Part shown: piece after piece, positions 36,169 through 47,621 of the stretch
How the letters are laid out: each line of letters starts with the position of its first letter
How positions within the stretch are numbered: position 1 is the stretch's first letter
Program-made: the position numbers and the translations under genes
Assembly: GCA_002269645.1 (NCBI GenBank)
Contig: NIVC01004365.1
Span: 1 to 48,412, forward strand
Direction: 5' to 3'
DNA length: 48,412 nucleotides
DNA from: Macrostomum lignano
Lineage: Eukaryota
The notes under the pieces: generated by a model
What the model was told of the DNA's origin: nothing
Databases searched by the model: none
What the model saw: only the letters and a program-made list of their open reading frames with translations

Positions 36169-37461
36169 CGAGTGGAACTCCTCCTTCGGAGGAGAAAGGG
36201 GAAGAACTCCCATCACCGGAATTCCATTCCCTGAATTATCCATCAACTGAAATTCCATGTCTTGAACCCCATCTTCCAAATCGTCTCCAAATTCTTTACA
36301 AACCTTTCAAAGACCATAGCTCAAAGACTCTTACGTCTCTCATATCTCCTCTCTCCTCTCTTCGCTATTATCGTGACTCTCTTCTCTCTCCTCTCTCTCA
36401 TCTCATCTCTACCCCTACTCACTTATTTATCTCTTCTCCCTCGCCTTTCGTCTGTACCCTCTTTTGTCTCTTGTCTTGCTTCTTCTCTCTTATCTCTCCC
36501 TCTTCTCTTCTCTCTCATATGTCATCTCTACTCACTTATCTATCGTCTCTCTTAACCCTCTCTCTCTCTTCTCTTTTCTCTCCTCTCTGCTCTCATTTCT
36601 CAAATTTTATATACGCTCTCACACTCTCACACACACTCTCTCTCACGCTCTTATCCCTCATCTATTCTCTCTCCTATCATCTCTCCTGTCTCCCTCTGCT
36701 ATCTCATATCTCCCCTCTCATCTCCTCTCTCCTCTTCTCTTCTCTCTCCCTCTTCATTCTCGCCTTACTCTCCTATTTTCTCCCATATGTCATCTCTAAT
36801 CTCTCCTCTCTCATATCTACTCTTTTCCATAATCTCTTTTCTCTTTTCTCTGACTGACTGAAGGTACCAAATCCATCGAAATCCTCCGTCAAATAGAAAT
36901 CCATCAAAATTCTCTCCGAGAAACAGAAATGTATCAGAATTTTCTTTGGGAAACTGAAAGCCATCAAAATCGTCTCTGTGAAACAGAACTTTATCAAATA
37001 ATACATTATATCTACATGACAAAAATATTAAGTTTTTAGTTATATTTATTACATAAATTACATTGTCACAAAACACAATCCACAGCAACCGTTGAAGTCG
37101 ATAAGCATTAGAAAGCTATGGTAGAGCATCGCAATACATGTTAAGATTGACATCGGAAATAATAGGGGAAGGCGGAAATGCTACACCAAAAGCGAAGGGC
37201 AACGCATTCACTGACGAATGACCAAAAAAGTGACTGACAGGCATGACCGAGAAAGATTACAAAAAGAGAAAGTGCGACTTCCTGGGAACCCTACTACAGA
37301 AGCAGGAGCTATAATTTTATCTTCTAATAAATCGTTTGCATCGTAGAAACTAATAATTCTGAATTAATTTTACCATGTTTGATTAAACTAACTAAACTAA
37401 ATAGCTATTAAATAGTATGGTTACATGTGGTCGCAAAAAAGAAAGAAAACAGAAAGTCAGT

Positions 37462-37893
37462 TCAGTTCGCCGCAGCCGGGTCCTCCTTGGGCGCCGCCGC
37501 AGACTCCTCAGCCAGGGTATCGCTCTTGTCGGGCTCGTCCTGGCTGTGGGGTCGCTTGGCTGGTGGTTCCAAATTGAGCTCGACGGTTGCGAACAGAACT
37601 TGCTCCTGCTCTTGCACCAGGGCTTCCAGTCGCTCGCACTCTCTCTTCTTGCGCTCCAGCTCAGCCTCGGTGTCTGTCAGTCGCTTCTTGTAGTCGTCCA
37701 GTTGCTGCCTTTGCTCAGCCACGACTTCGGCGAGTGATGCCTTGCTCTTCGATTCGTGTTGTAGTGTCTCGTGGTCCTCCTGAATTATTTCCGATGTCAA
37801 TCTTAAGAATGTATTGAAGTGCTGCTCCATGGCTTTCTTCTGCTTGTCGAATTTCTCCAGGTTGCTGCCGGATTGTGTTGTGTGATGAGCCAT
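37462..37893 (-). CDS. 143-aa coiled-coil ORF of unknown function (candidate cargo or captured exon)
   Basis: GC-richer island in AT-rich DNA; charged heptad-like stretch LAEVVAEQRQQLDDYKKRLTDTEAELERKKRECERLEALVQEQEQ; same strand as RepHel. No family recognised. Confidence 0.5.
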   Translation of the reverse strand: MAHHTTQSGSNLEKFDKQKKAMEQHFNTFLRLTSEIIQEDHETLQHESKSKASLAEVVAEQRQQLDDYKKRLTDTEAELERKKRECERLEALVQEQEQVLFATVELNLEPPAKRPHSQDEPDKSDTLAEESAAAPKEDPAAAN

Positions 37894-38346
37894 AAGTTAA
37901 TTAAGTTAGGTAAGTGAATAGAGTAAATTAAGAAAAAAATTTGGACGTTATTTGGGAACAGATATTTTTTCAGATGAATGGCTGCTGTCACATTTATCGG
38001 GCTAGATTTGCACAGAACTGGTTTAGAACTGGTTGGGGTAGCCAGCTAAAGGTTTTAGCACCTTGAAAAAAATTGACAAAAAGGCCTGTGTCGAGATCAG
38101 GTAGAAAGGTCTGTAGGATTTTTTCATTTACTCGTAGACATTGCAGTCATTGTGTAGGGTAGGCCTGCAGCTGTACACTGTGAGCGCATAGAGAAAATCC
38201 AAGAGTTTGGGGTTGATTGTTAGAGGGTTAAGCTTATTTACGCTATTGAGTCAATACACTGTTGTCGTGGTGGGGGCCGATAGTTATTGAGGTGTAAAGG
38301 TGCAGAGTGTCATTTTAAAGTTGATAGTTTAAAGTTTAAAGTTTGT

Positions 38347-38611
38347 TCTGTAGCCTACTGGGCATTCACTGTGTACACTGAACCCTATCACTTCACCGCT
38401 CGCCACCCCCGCCACCCCGGCCCCAACACGGGTTATTTGAATTGAATAGTTGTCAGAAAATTTAAAGAATGATTTTTTCTTGAATGCTGTGCTTTTTGTT
38501 TTCATGTTTAAAGCAAGAAACTTATATCCCCGAACTCAGCGTTGCAAGCTCTTTTCAGCAATATATAAGTCTCTTCTCTCAAAGTTTAAAACTCGAGGAA
38601 CAGGTTGCGTT
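38347..38611 (+). repeat. Direct repeat copy 1 (about 265 bp; matches 47622-47877)
   Basis: TCTGTAGCCTACTGGGCATTCACTGTGTACACTGAACCCTATCACTTCACCGC...GAACTCAGCGTTGCAAG...AAAGTTTAAAACTCG present at both places. Confidence 0.85.
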
Positions 38612-38981
38612 TGAAATTGCGTCTGTACTCTCTCCTGTATCTTTTCCCCCCTCTTTTCTCATATCTTCTCTCTCCTCTCTCCTCTACTCTCTCATCTCTC
38701 ATCCCTCATCTCACTCTTCTTTCTCCTCTACTCTCCCCTATTATCTATTTCCTTCCTATTAACTTTAACTTTAATAAATTATCTCTTGTAGACATTCTGA
38801 TCAATGCTTGGCAGTTAGTTGTTTTGATAACGGAGTCTAATTTTCTTTGCATTAACTGGTTTTTCGTACTCCATATCGCTTTCCCTACTGAGGAGCTTTG
38901 CAATATCCCCTCAAATCCCTGCACTCCTGTCACTCCCTCACCATTTGAAATATCCCATCAGAACTCTGCACCCCTGTGACC

Positions 38982-39140
38982 CAGGGGCGTAGGGAGGGGG
39001 GAGTTAGGGGGGATGTATCCCCCGAAGAGCCTGACCAAAACTTTTTTGTTGCCCTTTGTTGCTATACATTATCACGCGACTGTGCATAGCACTTTTACCT
39101 TGGTGTATCCCTCCGTAGGAAATTCCTGGCTACGCCCCTG
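38982..39140. mobile_element. 159-bp MITE-like element, superfamily unassigned
   Basis: 11-bp TIRs CAGGGGCGTAG / CTACGCCCCTG; flanks CCCCTGTGAC(C) and CCCCTGTCAC resemble an imperfect 10-bp target duplication. Confidence 0.65.
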
Positions 39141-40059
39141 CCCCTGTCACGATCCCTCACCATTTGAATATCTCCAAGGAAGAAATTCTCATTCGCTAAG
39201 TAATTTCGTGTAAATGATTTAGGCAAGTCGGAGACGAAAGTTAATTAATTGAAATTTATTAGAAAAGGCCTCAACACGTGTAAGTTTGAAGATTTCCTGC
39301 CCTTCTGTGCCTCATTTCACGAAGCCACATGTGTTCAGTTATGACTTAAAAAGGCGTTTTGACATTGTGTAGAAGCAGGTATTAAAGTTTAGCAATTGAT
39401 TTGAGATTTAGTAATATATAGTGATGATATAAGCTGTAACAATCATACATTGAAGGAAATTTGTGAAGAGGCCTTTTTCATATAATTACTATTTGTATTT
39501 ACATTGAAAAATTTAGAATTGTACATTATTTTACTTTAGTGACGCAGAAAAGTTAAAAAGCATAATAAAAATAGCAGTAGAAGTATCGAGCTGGGATTTT
39601 TATATAGGAAGTGAAAAATATTAAAGTGCTTAATTGTAGCAACTAAATTTTAATAACAATTTTCCATCGCTTAGTTCTACTGATAGAAAATTTTGGCAAA
39701 TAGCTATTTACAACCTGGGGAATGTATTTGTACGCATGATAATGGAGGGCATCGTGAAAAGAAGAATTTGTAGAAAAAGGATAAAGTGAATTTGATAAAT
39801 TAATCGACAATTCTATGTGGCTGATAGAATCCCCATATGGAACAGTTAATTGACAGTCTTGAATAGCTAGCAGCGAATTTTTCTAGCTTAGCGGGAATTT
39901 TCACAAAGGAGCCAAAATTGCCGAGTTTCGACACGGCGTATGTAATTTTTGATGCCCTGAATTATCAAAGGGAATATTTGAATGGGTGAAATACAAATGT
40001 ATGAGTAATATACAATAAATGAAGGATGACATGCAGAATTCATGAGGCACCCGATCAGG

Positions 40060-40345
40060 GCAAGCACGATAAAACACTTGATCAGATTGAAGCAATGGCA
40101 CGGAGCTGCAGCTGGGCGCAAATTGGTCACAGCTTGGGCTTCAGCGACTCCGAAGGCTGTCCAGGGGACTCTGGCCGGTGGCGTCCTCAGCTACCGGCGT
40201 GTCGACCCTCAGATCCCTGAGCAGCAACGGGCCATTGGGACAGCAGCAACGGGCGGGCTGATGGCACATTCAGCTCGGGTCGATGTTGAGAGGCCAGTCG
40301 TTGAAGTCAAGTTTGAGCAGCTCCGGCGGGAAGGAAAATGAGGGG
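40060..40345 (-). pseudogene. Decayed duplicate of the RepHel helicase C-terminal region (distal copy)
   Basis: Minus-strand fragments FPPELLKLDFNDWP, LLLRDLRVDTPVAEDATG and CFNLIK are collinear with FPPELLNRLDPNGLP, LLLRELRDNVLLAEVATG and CFAMTIHK of exon 9. Confidence 0.6.
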
Positions 40346-40744
40346 AGACTTTAAAGCATGAATCAAGTGTTCTAGGGCTATAAAAATCTTTTAATGTTTT
40401 AATATTAAAAAGCAATAAAAAAGTGGGGCTTGATCGGGTGCAAATAAATTAATAGAAAGTGCGAAATATCAGTCTAGCCTGCAGCAGGGCGTTTCAGATG
40501 TTAATCTTAATTTCAAAATTTCATTATTTACTCGTATACTGCACGTGAAGCATTATTTGCTGTTAAATTTTTAGTTTGAACTTGCAAATTATAGCTTAAA
40601 TAGAAATTAAGTTATAGATATTTTACTTTTGGCTGAGCTGCAGCCCAGACTTATTATTTACAATGATAAATCCGGCAAAAGAAGGACACGAACCCGGTCA
40701 CCTCGGCGCGCTGCTTTGCCTGCGAGGGAGCTGTCGCAGGTCAG

Positions 40745-40878
40745 TGTTGCGCGCCGCGGGATGAAGGCCGACCGCCTTTGAAACTGGGCCGCAGCGACCA
40801 CGGCGACCAGTTCATTGTCCCGCAGATCTCGATGAAGTAACCGGGCTCTATGTCAGCGGCGAGGTCAGAAGTTGCGTG
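40745..40878 (-). pseudogene. Decayed duplicate of the RepHel helicase C-terminal region (proximal copy)
   Basis: RLLHRDLRDNELVAVVAAAQFQRRSAFIPR aligns ungapped with RLLLRELRDNVLLAEVATGIYRGRQVFIPR of exon 9 (about 17 of 30 identical by eye). Confidence 0.7.
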
Positions 40879-43800
40879 CTAGGGTGAGAAAATAAAAATT
40901 TAGCAGTCAAATTGAGTATGAAAATTAGAGTCAATTTCCCTTATAGACTCCCTAAGCATCTATGTCGGCTACCTTCAGACTTAAATTTTTACTTCTAATT
41001 TCTATATTGCCGGTATTGCCAAATTTATATTTCGGGTCACCCAAAAAAGTACAGGCTGAAATACACTAAATTCAGCTGACGACACTAAAATATGTATTTA
41101 GGGATTGAACAATTGAACTTACCAATGAGCTGCCGCAGTACGATGTTCTGCGTCCGACCGCCTGGGGCGCGCACCTTGACGCCCGATGCACTCCGCGCAC
41201 GACTCAGAGCCACGTAGAGCTGGCCGTGCTGAAAGCAGCCCGTCGTCAGGTCGACGGCGTAGGTGCTCAGCGATTGGCCCTGGCTCTTGTGGATGGTCAT
41301 GGCGAAGCATGGCCGGATTGGAAACTGCAGGCGGCGGAACGTGAAGGGCAGCTCAGCAGGACTCGGCTCCTGTGGGATTCGCGGGATGAACACCTGTCGC
41401 CCACGGTAGATGCCAGTGGCGACCTCCGCGAGCAGCACGTTGTCCCGCAGCTCACGCAGCAGCAGCCGGGTTCCGTTGCACAGCAGCGGTGGGTCGAGGT
41501 TCCGCATCATCATGACCGGCATGCCGACCTTGAGCTCCAGCCGGTGATGCGGCAGGCCGTTGGGATCAAGTCGGTTCAGCAGCTCCGGTGGAAAATTGGT
41601 AGCTGCCACATCGTCGTTCGGAATTGAATCGACTGATAGATAGGCCCGACTGTCTCCAGGAAAGAGCGCCAGGCAGGCGGCGTTGGTCTCGTCTACCGTC
41701 CTGTTGAGCGGCGACAGAATGCTCCGCTCCGCGAACATCTGGTCACGGTGCGGGCTTGGCTCGAACGACGGGTAGACGCGCCGGATGAGCTGCTCAGTGG
41801 TTGTGTCATCAGGCATGAGAATCTCGCTAGGTAGGGAAACCATGCCCTCTTCGTCCTCTGGTAGCTCTCCGTTGCCAACCTAATGGAATTGAGGAATAAA
41901 AGAGACATTTCACGTCATAGAGTTATTTATTTAGTCTCTGTAAGCATGCAGAAATCGATTTAGAAGAATATTGCACATATTTTGAAATTTGTTTTGGAAC
42001 GTAGCTTATGAATGAAAAGCATTAATTTGAAAGTTCGTGCAAAATAGTGAAGGAATTATTTTCTCACCTGCATAAGAAAATCTGCGTAGCTTTTGGCATC
42101 AGAGTCGCTCTCGAGCCGCAGATTTCTGGTCAAGTGGTGCTGCTGGAAATGCGGCCACAAAGCCGACTGAGTCAGGCAGGCGTCGATCGTGTTCGCCTGC
42201 GTTCCTCCGGGCACTACAGCCAGCAGCTGGCGGAAGTCGCCGGCTAGCACCAGCAGCGCTCCTCCGAACGGCTGCTCGACCCGCAGCAGATCTCGCAGAG
42301 ACCGGTCCACGATCTCCAGGTCCTTGCGGTGCGTCATCGGTGCTTCATCCCACACGATGATTCGCGCATTCCGCAGAATTTCTGCGAGCTTGCTCCGCCT
42401 GCCGATGGAGCAAAAGGCATTGTCTTGCCGAACTGCGCAGACGGGTATCTTGAACCTGGGCGGAGAGGATGAAGATTCGGGTTGAACAGCAAAGCTCGAT
42501 ATGAATTGATTAGGAAACGGAAGCCGCTAAAATATGCAAGCAAAAGTCACAAAAAGTGCCAGCAAAGCAGAAATAAAATCAAAAAGGGCGGCTCACGTTG
42601 AATGTGCGGTCCTTCCACCGGGAAGAATGGTCGCCGCAATTCCAGACGATGCCACCGCTACAGCAATTTGACGCTTCGCTCGAGCAGAATTAAGCAGAAG
42701 CGTCAGCAAGAATGTCTTGCCCGTGCCGCCGGGAGCATCGATAAAGTACAGACCGCCACCGCCGGCCTGCATGCTGGACTGAATGGCGTCGAAAATGGCC
42801 CGCTGCTCGCCAGTCAGGGTGCCGATTTGCGCCATGACTTTTGCCTGGAGCTCAACTGCTTCTTCGTTTGTCGGCAGGCAGTCAGTAAGTCGGTGGGTCT
42901 GGGAAAGAGAAAAGAAATTGCTTATAGAAGATTTTGTTTATCAGTTCTGCATTAAAGCTGCACTCTATAGCCTTCCTCAATAGTAAAATTTTCATATTAC
43001 GTGATTATTTTTTCCGCATAAAGAGTACTCGTAAGAAATGAAATTACAGAAATAATGCTTTCATAAGAATAAGTGCACTTACCTGATCCGGCTCTACCCG
43101 TGGCTTAGGCAGGCCGTAGGCAGGCAGCTCGGATCCTCCCATGGTCTCCAGAAAGTTCTCCAGTTGCCGCAGCACTTCCGACTCGGCAGCTTCGGTGCTG
43201 TAGCCCTGGTGCAGCAGGTCGCCAGCCATGTCACTGGAGAACTCGCGCCACAGCTTCGGTGGATCGCTGGGGTCACCATGGGTGAGAATTGCCGCGAAAA
43301 GCCGGCGCAGAGCTGCTGGCAGCCGCGTCTCCACAGCCTCGCGCATGCACAGCTGCCAGTGCTTGTCGTCTTCCAACAGCCCTCTCGCCTGGCAAGCGGC
43401 CTTGAAGGTGGGCAGCAGGACGCCGTCAACAGTGCGCAGCGCCTCGAATGACGTCGGGCCGCGCACGTTCACCAAGAGCAAGCGCAAGTAGAAGCAGTCG
43501 CCCATTCGAGGACTGACTGTGTAATGCGGCCGATATTGCCGGTCGTCACAACGCCAGCTGGCTGACCGGCAGTCTCTCGGCCGCGACCTGCGCGATGCCA
43601 GGTGTGCGCCCTGTTGTCCCAGGTGAAGTGCCGGGGCACCTCTTGGTAGAGAAGGCCGCGCGCGACTTCATCTTGGCGACAGAGCTGGAAAGGTGTATGA
43701 ATGTGTTATGATAAGAAATATTATAATAAAAAAGCGGAGTAATGTTGACTGCTTTAATTAACTTGAAGCATTCTAGTATAAGCATTGCCTATAGTACACA

Positions 43801-46800
43801 GAGATATATGCAGAAGCAATAGTTGGCTGAAAGACTTACATCAAAGAAGGCGGTCAGAGTCGTGTCTTTAGGCCGAGCAGCAACAGCCTGGGCCGTCTCG
43901 CGAGTGAAGAAGACCCGCTGCTCGTCCTTCAGATGAACGGCGAGTCTGATCACAGGGGGGTATCGGCTGTGCACTTCAAAGCCCAGGATCGTATTGACCG
44001 CTTCCATTGGACCGATGTACCTGCCCAGAAGGTAGTCCTTGATCTCGTCAACCATCTTGCCGTGCGCCGACTGACCGACAGTAGGGGCAGTAGTGCTGGC
44101 TGACGCAGATGCAGCCTCTTGTCGGACTTGATAGGCAGCCATGTCGCTACCCTTGGTGATGTACTTGACGACATACTTGATCGCCTTGACTGTCGCGCAG
44201 ATCTCGACATTAAGGTGACAGCGAAACTCGCGCAGCAGCGCTGGGCAGTACGGAACCACCCAGCGGTTGTCGAAGGTGAAATTCGCCTTCTGACCGCCGC
44301 GCAGCTTGGCCATCTTTGTCACCGAAAAGCCGCCCATCTCGACAGATCTGCGGCAGTAGTGCGGGTAGCCGTCTTCTTCAACCCTAGTGGCTGCTAGGAA
44401 TGCTCTCGGGTAGCGTTTGCTGCAGACCCCGTTCTCCATGCACGGCGCTCCCGGGTTGAGCTGCTGGCCACACGGACCATGCAGCAGATTCTCGGCGACC
44501 AGCTTGTGCAAGTCCGCGTCGGCAACTGGGTCCGGGATCTCGGCGCTGATGATTGAGTCGTACTGGTCCGGCTTCAGCTTGTCGGCCAGCCACAGCAGAG
44601 CGTGCACGTGGGGAAGACCTGGATGTGGATAAAATTTAATTTTATTACAATTAACGAAATTTTGGAGGCGACAGATAATGCTACAGTTTAAAGCTTAAAT
44701 GTACACTTGCCTCGCTTCTGGTACTCCAGCGAGCAGACTCGAGCCAGAGTATCTCCGAACAGACTCTTCAGCCTGTTTAGGAAGGCCTTCTTCTTCAGCT
44801 CGAACACCCGGGCGGTGATGTCCGGCCGATCGACGGCAGTCTGGCCCGGAAGTAGCTCAGCCAGAATCTCGGGCCACTTTGGGTTACACGTCATCGTCAG
44901 AAACAGGTCTGGGCGGCCGTAGGCGTGAACGTATGCCATGGCATCCTGCTGACGCTCAAGACGGTAACGTGGCCCTCCGACGTAGCTGGAGGTCAGGATG
45001 ATATGCTTCCCGACTTCTTCCGGGTTGCCGTCGTCCTCGTGCAGCGCGTCTCGGAGACCGCGAAGACTCTCGGACTGCAGGTCTTTCTGGTGCTGCCGAA
45101 TGTACGTAAGTCGCTCGGACTCGATCTTGGCAGCCTGGTCCACCAGGTACTGCTGGAAGAGCCGGCGACCGTACAGCAGGCTGTTGAACTGGCCTGGCCG
45201 CACCTGAATCATGAAGGCGTAGAACTTCATGTTGGTGATGCCGCGATCCTGCTTGAGCCCAATGTGCCAGCCGTCCTCACCGAAGGGGAATAGGAGCACA
45301 TACTCCAACGGATCATAGGAGCGGTGGGTCTCGCAGATATCTTGCAGGCCTGCGAATGAGTAAAAATAGAATTAGGAAGTAATAGAGGAGATAATCAAGA
45401 ATCTGGAAATATTAGCTCTAGGGGAGAATAAAATTTTACGGCTCCTATAAATTAATTGCAGCTACTTCATATAAGCCATAATTGCAGTAAATTAATAATG
45501 TGCCTGTCGATGCCATAGAACTCACCACCATCTCTCAGACGCAAGATCACATCCCGTCGCTGCGCCTGAATTACGCCTTCATCATCGCCAAGGTCCGTTA
45601 GGATGCCAACTTCACTGCACTCGGGCAAGTTGAAGCGCCGGACATGCTCCCCAGATGGGCGGGCATCTGAGTTAATCACGACCTTGGCGTTCTGCAGCTG
45701 CGGATCGCTGCGCAGCAAGTCGACTGCGGACTTGAAGCTGCGCACGTAGCTGTTGCAGTCGTGCAGAGTTGCCTGCAGTTCCGCCAGCAGACGGCTGTTC
45801 AGCCCGGTGGCCCACTGTAGTCGAGTTTGCAGCTCCTCGTCTACAAAGAAGACCTGGCAGAACCGAGCCGGGTCCTCCGGGTTCGGCAACAGGCTGCCGA
45901 TCCGATGGTGCATCTGACCATGGAGGATGAAGCTCGGGTTCCAGCCGGGCTGCTCTCGCTGTGCGGCACCGAGAGATGTCATGTGGAGGGCGCCGTTGTA
46001 CTTCCGAATGTCCTTGAGGAACTGCGAGCTGTCCGGATGCTCGCCAGTCAGCAGTCGCTTCAGGAAATCGGGCGGATCACGGCGCGGCTCCAGGTGGGTC
46101 TGCCGGTTGGGTTTAGAAAACTCCTCATCTTAAACAGGTTATTAAAATTACGGCATGGCAATCAGTAAAAAAACTAAAAAATGTAGCATTTGCATGCTCT
46201 TGCTAGGGTACTCATTAAGTTTCTAAAGCTTCATGCCATTGATAAAGTATTCAATAAAATGATCAATAAAACTAATTAAAAAAACTGGACTCACCTTGCC
46301 AGAGTGGCAGCAGATGCTGGCTGGCTCGTCATTCCAGCGTAGCGCGCCGCAGTGGGGACATTGACGGTCCATGCGGCCGAGGACATGTGGCTGGTGTGCC
46401 AATTCCAGCAGTCTGAGAAGCAAAAAACGGGAAATGTAATTATGAGGATCATTTAAGTAAAGATGCTGAATGTGGATATAAAGTCCTATTACGCTAGGAG
46501 CCTTCTACGTAAAGGTTGTAATGTATGGGCTACAAAAATATACATTATAAAGGTTATAATCTATCTTCTTATATACTAATTTTCACGTGTTGTTTGTCCG
46601 ATAAGAAGTAATAGTAAACTAATTTTAATATTAATAATAAGAACTTATAAAAAAGAACTAATAATACTTATCATAGAATATTATACACAGTAAAAGCATT
46701 GATGTACATTGTAAAATAAAATGAGTGAAACGCCTACCTGTCTCGGCGCCGGTCTGCTTGCGCATGCAGACGCAGGTCGTGCTCATCAGCGGCCTCAGCC

Positions 46801-47216
46801 GTGCGACGCTGACTCTGTCGCTGCCGCTGCACGTCAAGGCGATGCATGTGGACCGTCTGCGATTCACTCGCGCGGCATTCCGCTGTGTGCTGCCGGTCTA
46901 GCTCGCGGCGATGCTGGCGCTCGGCTTCGCCCTCAGCTGCGCGGTCTTCAGCTGTTCGCAGCCGGTCCTGCTCGAGGCGATGCTGGCGGTCGGCCTCGTC
47001 CTCAGCTGCGCGGTCTTCAGCTGTGCGCAGCGGTTCTGCTTGAGGCGATGCTGGCGCTCGGCCTCGCCTCTCAACTGCGCGTCTTTCCGCCTGGCAAAGC
47101 CTATTCTGCTCCAGGCGTGCTGCATGCTCCTCTGGTGTCTCGGAGTCCCTCCGCTTCTTGGCACCAGATGCAGCGCGTGTAGAGCGGGACAAATTGCCTC
47201 GACCGCGTTTAGGCAT
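40865..47216 (-). CDS. Helitron RepHel transposase (STPR-like repeats, Cys cluster, HUH/Y2 Rep, PIF1-family SF1 helicase), 10 exons, about 1550 aa
   Basis: Exons 47216-46738, 46412-46295, 46099-45526, 45349-44711, 44618-43840, 43684-43083, 42898-42597, 42455-42068, 41879-41123, 40878-40865. Splice phases are all consistent once one base is restored at 43523-43524. Rep motifs FLTMTCNPKW, EYQKRG/LPHVH, KYVVKYITK. Helicase motifs APGGTGKT, WDEAPM, GDFRQ, TIHKSQGQSL, HGQLYVALSR. CPHC...CC cluster. The last exon is least certain (unspliced stop at 41085). Confidence 0.92.
46770..47130 (-). repeat. 69-bp (23-aa) tandem repeats in RepHel exon 1, STPR-like
   Basis: RAAEDEADRQHRLEQDRLRTAED / RAAEGEAERQHRRELDRQHTAEC preceded by SETPEEHAARL; 23-aa period as in STPR repeats found at Helitron N-termini. 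Confidence 0.7.
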
Positions 47217-47621
47217 TACAAAAAAAGGAATATATTTGAAGAAAATATTTTAAAAAATATTGAGAGGCGATTGAAACAATCCGGCCAAGTGTGGATCGGT
47301 GGTATCGAAACAAAACGTGACTTTATATAAAGCAATTAGCTGTCCCGTGCCTGCAGCTTTGCGTCACTAAATCTCCACTTCTCTACACCAAGTGTACAAA
47401 CATCGCTTTGATGAGTAAAACTGCTGCCTAACCAACCAATCAGCGGACAGTTCTCTGTGGACTAAATTTTATCTTATCTTCAATGTACATACAGACAATC
47501 GATTTAATTTAATAATTTAGAATTCACCAATTACAATGCACGAAAAGGTGTGAATTCTTCATTGGGCCGGGGGTTGGGGTTAGGGTAACCATAATTTCAT
47601 CGTTCTTTCATTTCATTGCTA

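Noticed and set aside
47335-47495. Possible small Helitron upstream of RepHel (minus: TCTGTATGTAC...GCACGGGACAGCTAA/T)
   Set aside because: The end resembles CAGCTAG-type termini, but the subterminal palindrome is incomplete and the TC is not preceded by A; too weak to call. It matters as an alternative 5' boundary for RepHel.
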